Source: a virus
Lineage: Duplodnaviria; Caudoviricetes
DNA: 35,889 bases
Virus record (IMG/VR): IMGVR_UViG_3300037789_000064
Coordinates: 1-35,889 of that record
Strand: one strand, 5' to 3'
Of the stretch, positions 26,467-35,456 are shown in pieces. Both the position numbers and the translations under genes were made by a program. Within the stretch, counting starts at the first letter, position 1. Each line of letters opens with the position of its first letter. The notes beneath the pieces are model-generated. The model searched no databases, had not been told where the DNA came from, and saw nothing but the letters and a program-made list of their open reading frames with translations.

Positions 26467-26843
26467 CGGAAGATCTCCAGATTATTGACCTTTTGGTCCG
26501 GAACAAAACCGGCAAGACGTGAAATCCGATGTCCTGCATCCGATCGCACCACGGTGTAGACCGGATCATAGTCAAAGCCTGCCAAGGTCAACCGCATTGT
26601 CCGGATGATTGCCAGCATATGATCGGCAGCAGCAGGTGCGGCCATAAACCAGCATTCAGCTTCATTGCCATGCGGCACAAGCCCCAGCACCGCCACAGCA
26701 ACACCGTCGACCCGGACAGCCCGACTTTCGCCAATTTTCAATTGTCGCTGCAGCACCCGCCAGACCACATATGGCGCGGGCCGGGCGCATTCTGCCAGAT
26801 CCAACCGGGTTGCCGGATTGACGATGTCATAGATTGTGGACAT
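26454..26843 (-). CDS. GNAT-fold / T7 gp13-like protein
   Basis: VAVLGLVP...AECWF...RISRLAGF; start reassigned to ATG 26843. Confidence 0.55.
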   Translation of the reverse strand: MSTIYDIVNPATRLDLAECARPAPYVVWRVLQRQLKIGESRAVRVDGVAVAVLGLVPHGNEAECWFMAAPAAADHMLAIIRTMRLTLAGFDYDPVYTVVRSDAGHRISRLAGFVPDQKVNNLEIFRWAT

Positions 26844-28404
26844 CAAAACCGCCCGCTCTGGCACCAGCACCCCATGGCGATGGACCGCTGCTGCTTTGTC
26901 GTGAAGGCCCGGCTGATTGTCGCACCACCGCATTTCTGCCGCGATAGCCAAGAACCCCATATTGCAGGGCATCATGAGGGTGCGACCAATCGTTCTTTTC
27001 TGGCGCGTCCTCATAGGTCGCACCGGCATCGACCTTGCGCTTTTTGAAACGATATTTTGATGCAAAGCCCTGCACCAGCATTCGGCAATGCCTGGAAACC
27101 AGCAACCGTGGCGTCTGACCATCAATGAAACGGTTCAACTCGCCGGTCACAGCGTCAATACGCAGGCCAATTTCATTCGACCCGTTAGCCGGCACCAGGA
27201 TCGGCAGTTCCAAAATCAGTCCAACCGTATCCATCCAGGCCAGTTCGCCACCTTCCTTGTCGGCACCATATTGCGCCGCCGGGTCGCACCAGGCCTGAAT
27301 GGATGGCACCTGTGGATATCGCCGGGCGATCATATCAGCCACCAACTCACCAAACCGCGAAGCGCCATAGCCATGCCCTGGATAAAGTTCATCGGTCACA
27401 ACCAACTGTCCGTTTGGTCTGGGCTGCAGAAACACGCACGCCGGCGTCAGACCTGCATCCATCCCCAGCAGCAATGGCAGGTTCTGATCAGGGTCCAGTG
27501 GCTCCCGGCTGACATGCCGTGTCTGGTCAAACGCCTCATAGACTGGCTTGCCATCCCTCGAATAGCCAAACTGATTATCGACAAAGCGCCGCACGAACCA
27601 TTCCGGCTCGTTCTTGACGATTTTTGCGTAATAGTCCTTTTCCAGCGCCCGTGTGTTCTCAGCGTCTGGCGACCGGCCAGAGGGCTGGGAAAACAACACA
27701 CGATCAGGTTTTGGATTTTCAATGAACTCCCGATAGGTCCAGTTGTCGATCGACGGTGCATTGAAATCACCCAGCACCTGACGAACCCGCGGTGCATCTG
27801 GATCTGCCAGCTGATCGCGCTTGGGGTAACGGCCTGTCCGTTGTTCCAGGTTGCGCAGCACGCTTTCATCAACCGTATCAGCCTCATTGACCCAGCCGCC
27901 CGATATCTCCCGGCCACGCATCATGTCTTCAATGCTCTCGCCATTCAGACCCAAAAACTCTGTTACCGCTTCAACAATCAGCCCGTTTTTCATCCGCCAG
28001 CGCAGTGTGTGTGTTGCCGGTCGATCATTGCCGCCTGTCCAGCTGGATCCGGGATAGGTTTTCGGGAACCACTGCAACCAGGACGCCAGCACCGTCTTTT
28101 CAGCCAGACGGAACGTGTCCCGAACCACGATGAATTTATCCCGGATCACGCCATCCTTGCAGGGCGGCATCCGAGTGGCAGCCTCAATCCGCGCAAAGGT
28201 GCAGCCGACAGTCTTGCCACCCCCGACCGGGCCCATGATGAATTTGGTCAGCGGTTGCGCCAGAATGAACTGCTGCGCCACTGGCCCTGGTGGCACATAG
28301 CGGGTGAGATCAAAGCTCTCATTGACAGCGTATTTTTTCCGCAGCTGCTCATCTTCGTTCAGCGGCCGATCATACTTGCGGGATGCTGTGTCAGCCACGG
28401 CCAT
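26827..28404 (-). CDS. terL: Terminase large subunit
   Basis: Walker A GPVGGGKT, Walker B-like WVNEAD, nuclease LGMDAG and SHPHDALQY. Confidence 0.92.
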   Translation of the reverse strand: MAVADTASRKYDRPLNEDEQLRKKYAVNESFDLTRYVPPGPVAQQFILAQPLTKFIMGPVGGGKTVGCTFARIEAATRMPPCKDGVIRDKFIVVRDTFRLAEKTVLASWLQWFPKTYPGSSWTGGNDRPATHTLRWRMKNGLIVEAVTEFLGLNGESIEDMMRGREISGGWVNEADTVDESVLRNLEQRTGRYPKRDQLADPDAPRVRQVLGDFNAPSIDNWTYREFIENPKPDRVLFSQPSGRSPDAENTRALEKDYYAKIVKNEPEWFVRRFVDNQFGYSRDGKPVYEAFDQTRHVSREPLDPDQNLPLLLGMDAGLTPACVFLQPRPNGQLVVTDELYPGHGYGASRFGELVADMIARRYPQVPSIQAWCDPAAQYGADKEGGELAWMDTVGLILELPILVPANGSNEIGLRIDAVTGELNRFIDGQTPRLLVSRHCRMLVQGFASKYRFKKRKVDAGATYEDAPEKNDWSHPHDALQYGVLGYRGRNAVVRQSAGPSRQSSSGPSPWGAGARAGGFDVHNL

Positions 28405-28657
28405 ACCCCCCAAACCCCAAAGCATGACAAAATGTGTCCGCCACTCCCCAACCCGATTTCCGGACAGGTTTGTTCCCGGACCCCTTCACAGGCGAAAAAA
28501 CGGATCGGTGTGCAAGCGCTGCCCCCTGGTGGGGGGAGACAAGCCGATCGCCAAAGGTCGCGCCCAGGGCAGCTGCTGAGCCCCCCCCCTGATTGCCTGG
28601 TCGATTTGCGCCCTGCTGATTTTTAATCAGTCGGGCCGGAGCAATTTTTCCTATACC

Positions 28658-28733
28658 TTTCAATAGCTTAACCGTTTCATGAGACCACCGCGCCATGAGA
28701 CCTGCAACACCGGAAATTCCTAAGTCATTGATT
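28658..28733. promoter_or_regulatory. IHF-like sites flanking two CATGAGACC repeats (candidate pac/regulatory site)
   Basis: TTTCAATAGCTTA 28658-28670; CATGAGACC 28678-28686 and 28694-28702; perfect WATCAANNNNTTR on the minus strand at 28721-28733. Confidence 0.5.
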
Positions 28734-29288
28734 TCATTCATCTTCGTCAATCCTCGATCCGGCAGACAGCACACCGGTCTCGCCAGGCTTTCGCGCTTCA
28801 TCCAGCTGGTTCGTGCCCAGGTCCATGATCAGCATTGGCAGGCGATCATCCTTGATGTCGATCGACACCGGCATTTTGCCGTGCAGATACGGTGCCAGGT
28901 CCACAGCCGCACCCTTTTGCAGCTTGATGACATCGAGCAAATTGTGTTCGCCGGCAGGATTGTGCTGCTTCAGCCATTGGAACAACTCCAGCGGATCAGC
29001 CGTCACCAGGTCGCCGAGAAAGCTGACCGGATCCTTGAAACCCCGCGCCTGGTAATACCGCGACAGCGTTTCCGTCTTGCGATTGACCGATCCACGCGGC
29101 CTGCCCCGGCCACGGCCACCGGCAGAAAACACCCGATCGCCATCATCGTCATCGTCGCAGCCGGCATCATCGGCATCATCCGGCAACAGCGACAGCTGCT
29201 CTTTTCCCGCCGCCACATCGGCGCGCCCCCGAACATCCATTTCAGCGCCATCAGCGCCATCCGAGACACCGGACTTGTCATCGCTCAT
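28734..29288 (-). CDS. Putative terminase small subunit
   Basis: GRPRGSVNRKT and AAVDLAPYLHGK motifs; upstream of terL. Confidence 0.65.
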   Translation of the reverse strand: MSDDKSGVSDGADGAEMDVRGRADVAAGKEQLSLLPDDADDAGCDDDDDGDRVFSAGGRGRGRPRGSVNRKTETLSRYYQARGFKDPVSFLGDLVTADPLELFQWLKQHNPAGEHNLLDVIKLQKGAAVDLAPYLHGKMPVSIDIKDDRLPMLIMDLGTNQLDEARKPGETGVLSAGSRIDEDE

Positions 29289-29339
29289 GCCGATTAAATC
29301 CCTGTATTTTAATGGTTTTCACCGATGCACCCCGCGCCG

Positions 29340-29581
29340 GTGTCTCAAGTGTCTTGCCAAGTGTCTTGCCATTTTTCGCAATGATTTCAGTTACTTATTA
29401 ACCCTTGAGACACCTAAGACACATGAGACACATATATTTCCATGTGCACGCGCGCGCACGCGTAAGGCGTATATTCAAGGTGTCTCAAGTGTCTCACCAA
29501 AATTCTCCAGTTATTTTTGCAATGATTTCAGATGCTTAACCCAAGACACCGATTGAGACACAGGCAAGACACCTGAGACAC
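29340..29581. repeat. Iteron-like array, putative replication origin
   Basis: Twelve RAGACAC/GTGTCTY heptamers in four alternating-orientation clusters around AT-rich spacers and a CG-alternating centre; downstream of the helicase. Confidence 0.75.
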
Positions 29582-29776
29582 CCCGGACCCGGTCCCCGGC
29601 GAACAAACGCCCAGCACGCACCCTCGCCGCAAGGCTACGCCACGTTTCATCACGTCAACTGCTCGCCAGCGCGCAGCGCGAAATATCAGTGTCCGGACAC
29701 GCCACGCGTGGCCGGTCATTTTAAAGGCCTCAGGGTCCGGGTGCGGGTGATCAAAATTTTTTGGGTTGGGGATCTG

Positions 29777-31591
29777 TCAGGTATCATTCAGTGCATTCCA
29801 TTCATCCAGCACGATCATGGTGCAGCGCAGCTGCACACCGTTGATGCGCGCCCGGTTCTTGCCCTTCTCACTCACCACCACATTTGGCGGCCCCTGCCGC
29901 AACGCAGGCCCCCAAACGCCCAGATGCCCTTCACCACCCCAAGGCGTGCCCTTGAACAGTGAAGCGATCAGCGGCCCTGAATTTGGCACCGCAAGCACAT
30001 AACCAGGGGCAATGGTCCCCGGTGCCAGCAGGCCCAGCCCGGCCTGCGCCAGTTCGGCCTGGCACCCAGAGAATGTCAGCCCTTCGACCTGGTCATGCAT
30101 GGCATCCAGCAACGCGCCCACGGTCTGCCGCTGGCCGTTGCGCCAGGCATCCACCCGCGATGTCAGCAGATGCTGCAGACAGGATTGCCAGTTGTCCTGG
30201 GCGTCTTCCACCTCCTGCAGGCTGCCGGCAGCCAGCGTGTGGCCCCACACTTCCAGCCCGTAAAATGGCAGGCCCTCATGGTCCAGCCCTTCATCGCCCA
30301 GCATCATGTGCGCACAGGTCAGAAAGATGCCATATGTGTCCTGCCCCCGGCTGTCATGGCCGCCGCTGCGCATGGCGGTCCGGTATTCTTCATAAAGCTT
30401 GTCAAAATCGCCCCAGGCATCCGCCATGCGGCGCAACAGGCGCGGCCCGATTGTATCTGCATCCCCCAGGGTCGGGGCAGATGTCAGCTTGGCCGGATCC
30501 AGCTTGCCCAGGTTGATCAGCGCCAGCCGCGAAAGATCCTGCGCCGGCAATGGCGGCCGGTTGATCGCGGAAAACAGAAAGGTCGATCGCGCCTGGAACT
30601 CGATGCCCTGGTGATCCTGGCCACCGCGCAGCATCAAACCGCCAGAGGCAGCCAGCCGCGCCAGCTTCACCACGGCATTGACGCGCTTGTTGTCGCCATC
30701 GGCTTCCAGTTCATCCACGGCAATCGGCAGCGCATCCGATCCAATATGCTGGTAGATCCCGGCCGGCGTGGTGTCAGGCGTGGAAACGATGGCAGATCCA
30801 AAGATGGCCTTCAGCACCGCCTGCAGGCTGGATTTGCCAGTGCCACGGTCACCCACCAGAAACATCGATGGCCGCCAGGGCAAGGCACCCGCCAGCAGTG
30901 CCACACCAATCCATCCCAATATCAGCACCGGGTCCACATCAGGCCGCCCCCAGGTCCAGGTGCGCAAGGCCGCCAGCACATCATGGGCCGGGTTTTCTTC
31001 CAGCGGCACCGGTTCAGCAGATGGAAAAAACGTGGTCGGCCGGCGCGGATAAAAATGCCCGTCACGCTCGCCGGTCGGGTGCAACTTGCCATCGATGTAA
31101 AGCCCCTCGCCACAATGCAGGATCAGCTCCCCATTGCGCCCCGGCCATGCGCCCAGGCCGCGCACCTTTTCAACGCTCTTCCAAAGTCCCTTGCGGCTGG
31201 CAGCAGCATAAAAATGTTCGCGCACCTTTTCAGCGCGCCAGCCATCCACCTTTTCATTTTTGCCGATACGCGGCCACGCCCAGTACAAATAGTTCTGCCG
31301 ATCGCCAAACAGCATCTGAACAAAGCCCTGCCCAAAACTGCTGGGCGATGTCGATTGCAGCTGCCCATTGGCGTCGATGAAAAACACAACATCGCCGTCC
31401 ATGCCCAGCGGGCGCACCGGGCAATCGGGCGGCAGGCCCAGATCGTCCGGCACCCATTTGCCAGGGTCCACACCATCACGCGGCACGCCCGGTGCCGGAT
31501 CATCCGGTCCCCGCCGCAATTCCTGCACACGCAATTGTGCCAGGCCTTCCGTCACCATCGACGCGACCCGCCTTCGCCCTGTCTTGCTCAT
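29777..31591 (-). CDS. Replicative helicase / P-loop NTPase
   Basis: Walker A GDRGTGKS, Walker B IAVDELE, FSAIN sensor; in an operon with the primase. Confidence 0.8.
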   Translation of the reverse strand: MSKTGRRRVASMVTEGLAQLRVQELRRGPDDPAPGVPRDGVDPGKWVPDDLGLPPDCPVRPLGMDGDVVFFIDANGQLQSTSPSSFGQGFVQMLFGDRQNYLYWAWPRIGKNEKVDGWRAEKVREHFYAAASRKGLWKSVEKVRGLGAWPGRNGELILHCGEGLYIDGKLHPTGERDGHFYPRRPTTFFPSAEPVPLEENPAHDVLAALRTWTWGRPDVDPVLILGWIGVALLAGALPWRPSMFLVGDRGTGKSSLQAVLKAIFGSAIVSTPDTTPAGIYQHIGSDALPIAVDELEADGDNKRVNAVVKLARLAASGGLMLRGGQDHQGIEFQARSTFLFSAINRPPLPAQDLSRLALINLGKLDPAKLTSAPTLGDADTIGPRLLRRMADAWGDFDKLYEEYRTAMRSGGHDSRGQDTYGIFLTCAHMMLGDEGLDHEGLPFYGLEVWGHTLAAGSLQEVEDAQDNWQSCLQHLLTSRVDAWRNGQRQTVGALLDAMHDQVEGLTFSGCQAELAQAGLGLLAPGTIAPGYVLAVPNSGPLIASLFKGTPWGGEGHLGVWGPALRQGPPNVVVSEKGKNRARINGVQLRCTMIVLDEWNALNDT

Positions 31592-31597
31592 AAGCCC

Positions 31598-32344
31598 TTA
31601 CGATTTTTGTGCTGCATCCGTGGTGGTTTTGGCACCTGTTTTTGGCACCGCAGCCTTGCGCGGCCGCCCGCCCTTTTTCACCGGTCGCTTGGTCACCGTC
31701 TCGCCGGCAGACATCGGTTGAACGGCCTTGGCAGCCGCCTTGCCACCAGCAGCAGCCTTGCCGCGCGCCGGCTCTTTCACCGCCATGTCCGGATCTTTCT
31801 CCAGGCTGCTGCCTTCACGTTCAAAGATCAGCTGATCAGCCGGCACCTTTGTTGCCGCCGCATTCGCCCTGGCAGCGTCCCGGTCCATCGCTGCTTCAGC
31901 ACGTTGTTCAGCTTCCAGTGCCAGAAACGACATGCCGCAAATCGAAGCATAGAGATTGAAAAGCGATTTCATGGACAGCGATGCATCCGCCCAGCCAAAA
32001 CGAATGTTACTACCAGGCGCAATCAGATCCAGTTCGGCGCATTTGTTGAAGAGGGTCTCACCGTTGATATCGGCACCACGCTCAATCCGATCGCACACAT
32101 AGTTTGCCATTGTATCCAGCGTTGCAGCCAACCAATCACCATCAACTTCCAGCCGTTCAAGGTCGTCATGCGGATTTGACGTCATCCACCCGTTCAACGC
32201 CAGCCGGACAACCGGATCCTCCAGAGCCGGGTCATCATCCAGCTTCGCCTGCTGAAACCGAACGGCAGCTGCCTGGGCAACGGCACCGGCAAAGGATACG
32301 GGATCGATATCCCCGATTTTTCGTACATTTTTTGTCTCACTCAT
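31598..32344 (-). CDS. Hypothetical protein with Lys/Ala-rich tail and AT-hook-like motif
   Basis: KKGGRPRK within an H1-like tail; GGAG RBS. Confidence 0.7.
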   Translation of the reverse strand: MSETKNVRKIGDIDPVSFAGAVAQAAAVRFQQAKLDDDPALEDPVVRLALNGWMTSNPHDDLERLEVDGDWLAATLDTMANYVCDRIERGADINGETLFNKCAELDLIAPGSNIRFGWADASLSMKSLFNLYASICGMSFLALEAEQRAEAAMDRDAARANAAATKVPADQLIFEREGSSLEKDPDMAVKEPARGKAAAGGKAAAKAVQPMSAGETVTKRPVKKGGRPRKAAVPKTGAKTTTDAAQKS

Positions 32345-33416
32345 CATCGTCTCCATTGAGAAGTTCATTGACGTCCTTGCCCTTGCTTACAGTCAGCACC
32401 TGGACGGGCTTTCCAAATGCACGAAGCCGGCGCTCTGCACGCTCAAACAGCGCCACAGCCTCCGGCTTGTCCCAATCATTGTCCCTGAAAACCAGAAAGC
32501 CGCGCACGCGCTCATGGTCCGGCACAAACAGATATCCGGACAGGCTTCCCGCCGCCCAGCACCGCAAATCGGGCCGGGCCGTGGCGATCGACAGCGCATC
32601 TTCAATGCCTTCTGTCAGCGCCAGCACGCTCAGTTCGCCGGCATCTTCATTCACATCACCGCGGGACACACGCACCACCAGGCCCTGTGTCGACGGCCAC
32701 ATCAGTTTGGGATATTTCACCGGTGCCTTGCCGCTGCCGTCAGGGGCCAGAAAGGTCAGATGGCAGCCACAAATCTGCCCGCGTTCATTCACCATGGCTG
32801 AAACCATGGCCGGAAAGGTCGGCCCGGCAACAATCTTCTTGCCATCCTTGTCGCGCCTGGCATCCAGCCAGTATTCCGCGGCCGGGTTGAACCGGAATGT
32901 GTGTGGAATGTAATCAGCTGCATCCAGGTCGATCCCACGGCCCGCCAGATAGGTTTCCACCACGGTCCCGCGAATGTTCTCCTGGCACGCGTAGAACATT
33001 TTCCGGCCACGGCTGCGTTCTTCAGCAGCCTTTTCCGCAATCTGTTTTTCACGGCGTCTTTCGCGGGCACGGGCCGCATCATTGTGCTTTTTGCGCTCGT
33101 CATCAGACAGGCCGCGAAGCCCGCAAAAGTCTTCTGCCCAGCGCAACGCATCGCTTTTGTTTGTGGCGTTGACAAAGGCAATCAGATCCAGAATGTCGCC
33201 CTTGTCGCCGGTGGCATAGTCTTTCCAGGCACCCGGTGCCTGCCCGCCCAGCCAAATGACAAAACTGCCCACATTCTTGTCGGCCCGGCGCGGGTTCAGC
33301 ACATGCCAGGTCGAATGCCCGCGATCGCGCTCCTGCGCATAATTGCCAAACAACGCCCGCACCAGATCCGGTACCCGTTGCTGCAAATGCATCTTGGCAA
33401 CTTCGATCCTGCTCAT
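32337..33416 (-). CDS. DNA primase (TOPRIM)
   Basis: WKDYATGDKGDILDLI, YLAGRGI, HLTFL, EGIEDALS, DND motifs. Confidence 0.88.
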   Translation of the reverse strand: MSRIEVAKMHLQQRVPDLVRALFGNYAQERDRGHSTWHVLNPRRADKNVGSFVIWLGGQAPGAWKDYATGDKGDILDLIAFVNATNKSDALRWAEDFCGLRGLSDDERKKHNDAARARERRREKQIAEKAAEERSRGRKMFYACQENIRGTVVETYLAGRGIDLDAADYIPHTFRFNPAAEYWLDARRDKDGKKIVAGPTFPAMVSAMVNERGQICGCHLTFLAPDGSGKAPVKYPKLMWPSTQGLVVRVSRGDVNEDAGELSVLALTEGIEDALSIATARPDLRCWAAGSLSGYLFVPDHERVRGFLVFRDNDWDKPEAVALFERAERRLRAFGKPVQVLTVSKGKDVNELLNGDDDE

Positions 33417-33736
33417 GGCGCCACCCCTGTCAGCCAGACTTCAAGCCGGGTCAGAAGCGCATCAATTTTCGGGTCTTCCCGCTCGTCTTCAATGCGGCGC
33501 AACGCCTTGGAAACGGCCTGTTTGGTCACACCGGCAGCCACAGCAGCCTGAGAAAGCGGAACGTCGAAGCCAATAACTGTCAGGTAAATGGCCCGCTGGC
33601 GCAGTGTCGAAGCCAGACATTTTCCGCCCTGAAGGTTTTTCTCCATCAGCTCCGCCGGGTCCAAAGCATGTTCCCAGGCCATCATCGCGATAGCACTGCG
33701 ATATGCCAGATGCACCGCGTCCTGCCGTTTGATCAT
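33413..33736 (-). CDS. HTH DNA-binding protein
   Basis: LSQAAVAAGVTKQAVSKALRRIEDERE. Confidence 0.75.
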   Translation of the reverse strand: MIKRQDAVHLAYRSAIAMMAWEHALDPAELMEKNLQGGKCLASTLRQRAIYLTVIGFDVPLSQAAVAAGVTKQAVSKALRRIEDEREDPKIDALLTRLEVWLTGVAP

Positions 33737-33990
33737 TCCAGCACCTCACGTTCCAGCTTCTTCAATGCTTTTCGCAATTTGCGCATGGTTCGGAACCGCG
33801 GTTGCGTTTTCCCAGTTGCCAAACGTTGATAGGTCGATCGGTAAATTCCGGCTTCAGCGCACAGCGCCTCAATCGGAATTCCGAGCTCCAATCTTTTTTT
33901 TGATATTTTTTCAAAATCGGCCGAAAATGGCCCAACGGTTGGTGTATGCGGCCGCATTGCTACATAGGGTTTTTTGCCTTTTTGCGTCAT
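33733..33990 (-). CDS. XRE-family HTH regulator
   Basis: RLELGIPIEALCAEAGIYRSTYQRLATGKTQP. Confidence 0.8.
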   Translation of the reverse strand: MTQKGKKPYVAMRPHTPTVGPFSADFEKISKKRLELGIPIEALCAEAGIYRSTYQRLATGKTQPRFRTMRKLRKALKKLEREVLE

Positions 33991-34364
33991 TATCGACCCT
34001 CCATCGATAAAACGCCGCCACGCCCCCAGATGGTCCGTATCTCATAACAGGCAGGCAGTTTCTTCCGGATCTTCCAGAAATAGACGTTTATAATCTTTGT
34101 GCCGCTGGCGGGACCGCCATTCGGATCGCAACCATGGAGTTGGTTGAAAATCACCTCATAGCTGACCAGCTTCCCGAAAGATCGATAGAGAATTTCGAAT
34201 ATCCGTTGCTCCGTCCGGGTGAAGCCGCAATGCGTGCCAAACGCCTCTGCAGCTTGGCGTGGTGCAATATCCTGCAGACAATGCGGACATTGCACCGGCC
34301 GCATTTTCAGCAACTCGATTTCCGCCTGCAACGCCAGCACGGTTTCCGTGATGCTGTCAGACAT
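33990..34364 (-). CDS. OmpR/CtrA-type winged-helix protein without a receiver domain
   Basis: FTRTEQRIFEIL...KIINVYFWKIRKKL...IRTIWGRG. Confidence 0.8.
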   Translation of the reverse strand: MSDSITETVLALQAEIELLKMRPVQCPHCLQDIAPRQAAEAFGTHCGFTRTEQRIFEILYRSFGKLVSYEVIFNQLHGCDPNGGPASGTKIINVYFWKIRKKLPACYEIRTIWGRGGVLSMEGR

Positions 34365-34989
34365 CCGACTTACCTTTCAAATCTGAACTGAGTGCCGCTT
34401 TTAGTTTGAGAATTTCATCGGATTGCTTCTCTGCGTGACCACTCCAGAATTCACGCTCCGACCTCTCGCTGACCTTCCACAAAGGGCCGCATCCATTTGG
34501 GCAGACATCAGGCTCGTTGTTAGCTGTGACAGCTCCATTCATCAGGTGCAGCGTCATTGAGATCAGTACAAAATCGCATTTTGGGCAGGCAAGCTTTCCA
34601 GGTACATGAACCTGTGAGTCCAGATATCTCGCCCTCTCTAAAGCGGCATCGCGTTCTGCTTTGAGCACAGACGCATAGGTGGCAATGGCGCGGATATTGT
34701 CGGGACTGCAGCGGGCGAAATGGCGAAAATTGTTCATTGCCAGAACGTCAATGACATCAACATATTCATCAAAATCTCCGCTATGTTCCATGATGATATC
34801 GGTTGCTGTTGCATTTATGGCATCAGCAATAACGTTGCTGTCCTTGTCCCAAAGGAGATGGCTTTGGAATGTGCCTTCGTCATTTTCCGAGTCTGTCCAA
34901 TCACATTCCCAAGGCCCCGGCGCTACGCCTTTCAGCCCTTCCACCATTTCTTCCAAAATCGCTTCACCGGTCTTTGACGTTTCAGACAT
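34357..34989 (-). CDS. Ead/Ea22-like protein with C-terminal Cys cluster
   Basis: APGPW...NFRHFARCSPDNIRAI; CPKC...CPNGC. Confidence 0.6.
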   Translation of the reverse strand: MSETSKTGEAILEEMVEGLKGVAPGPWECDWTDSENDEGTFQSHLLWDKDSNVIADAINATATDIIMEHSGDFDEYVDVIDVLAMNNFRHFARCSPDNIRAIATYASVLKAERDAALERARYLDSQVHVPGKLACPKCDFVLISMTLHLMNGAVTANNEPDVCPNGCGPLWKVSERSEREFWSGHAEKQSDEILKLKAALSSDLKGKSDV

Positions 34990-35257
34990 CTTCGCCCTCC
35001 CAGACCACTGGTGCTTCCTCTTGCGGTCGTACCAGCCACCCGTCGACCACAGTGGTCGATCCGTTCAGCGCCCAGCTGTATCGCAGCCAGGTCGCACCCT
35101 TTTCCCGAAGCCGGCCAGCGGCTTCAGCACACCATTGTGTCCGGCCATTCTGAGCGACACTGTTCGAGCGTTCCGTGAAATCGGGCTTCACTGGTTCAGC
35201 CATTGGGCTCAGCCAATTCATGTAACGCTTCACGGACAGCTTCGATCGGGCAGTCAT
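34982..35257 (-). CDS. Hypothetical protein
   Basis: Fits the overlapping early operon; start uncertain. Confidence 0.5.
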   Translation of the reverse strand: MTARSKLSVKRYMNWLSPMAEPVKPDFTERSNSVAQNGRTQWCAEAAGRLREKGATWLRYSWALNGSTTVVDGWLVRPQEEAPVVWEGEDV

Positions 35258-35456
35258 TCTCGCCGGAAGCTAGGATGTCTTCATCCTTGTCCGGAAAGCC
35301 AAAATCTGTTCTGTAAATGGCAAGCCCAAACAACGGCTCGGTCGCGCCACACACACCCTTGCCGAACGTCCAGAACAGATCTGCCGGCACGCTTTCAACA
35401 ATTAACTGAAACGCACTTTCCAGCGCCGCTTTCTCAACCACACCAGTTCTGGCCAT
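35196..35456 (-). CDS. Hypothetical protein
   Basis: AGGAG RBS; operon context. Confidence 0.55.
   Translation of the reverse strand: MARTGVVEKAALESAFQLIVESVPADLFWTFGKGVCGATEPLFGLAIYRTDFGFPDKDEDILASGENDCPIEAVREALHELAEPNG

Noticed and set aside
27088-28626. 512-aa plus-strand ORF
   Set aside because: Antisense shadow of terL; no motifs.
28391-28801. 136-aa minus-strand ORF bridging terS and terL
   Set aside because: Crosses homopolymer runs and repeat/IHF-like sites and has no recognisable features; more likely cis-acting DNA, though not fully excluded.
28623-29542. CtrA boxes (TTAA-N7-TTAA) near the terminase genes and origin
   Set aside because: Only isolated TTAACC half-sites are present, mostly as tails of the IHF-like motifs; I found no correctly spaced full site.
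29340-29581. CRISPR array
   Set aside because: The repeats are 7 bp, in both orientations, with no regular unique spacers and no cas genes.
30095-32179. 694-aa plus-strand ORF
   Set aside because: Antisense shadow of the helicase and its neighbour in GC-rich DNA; no motifs.
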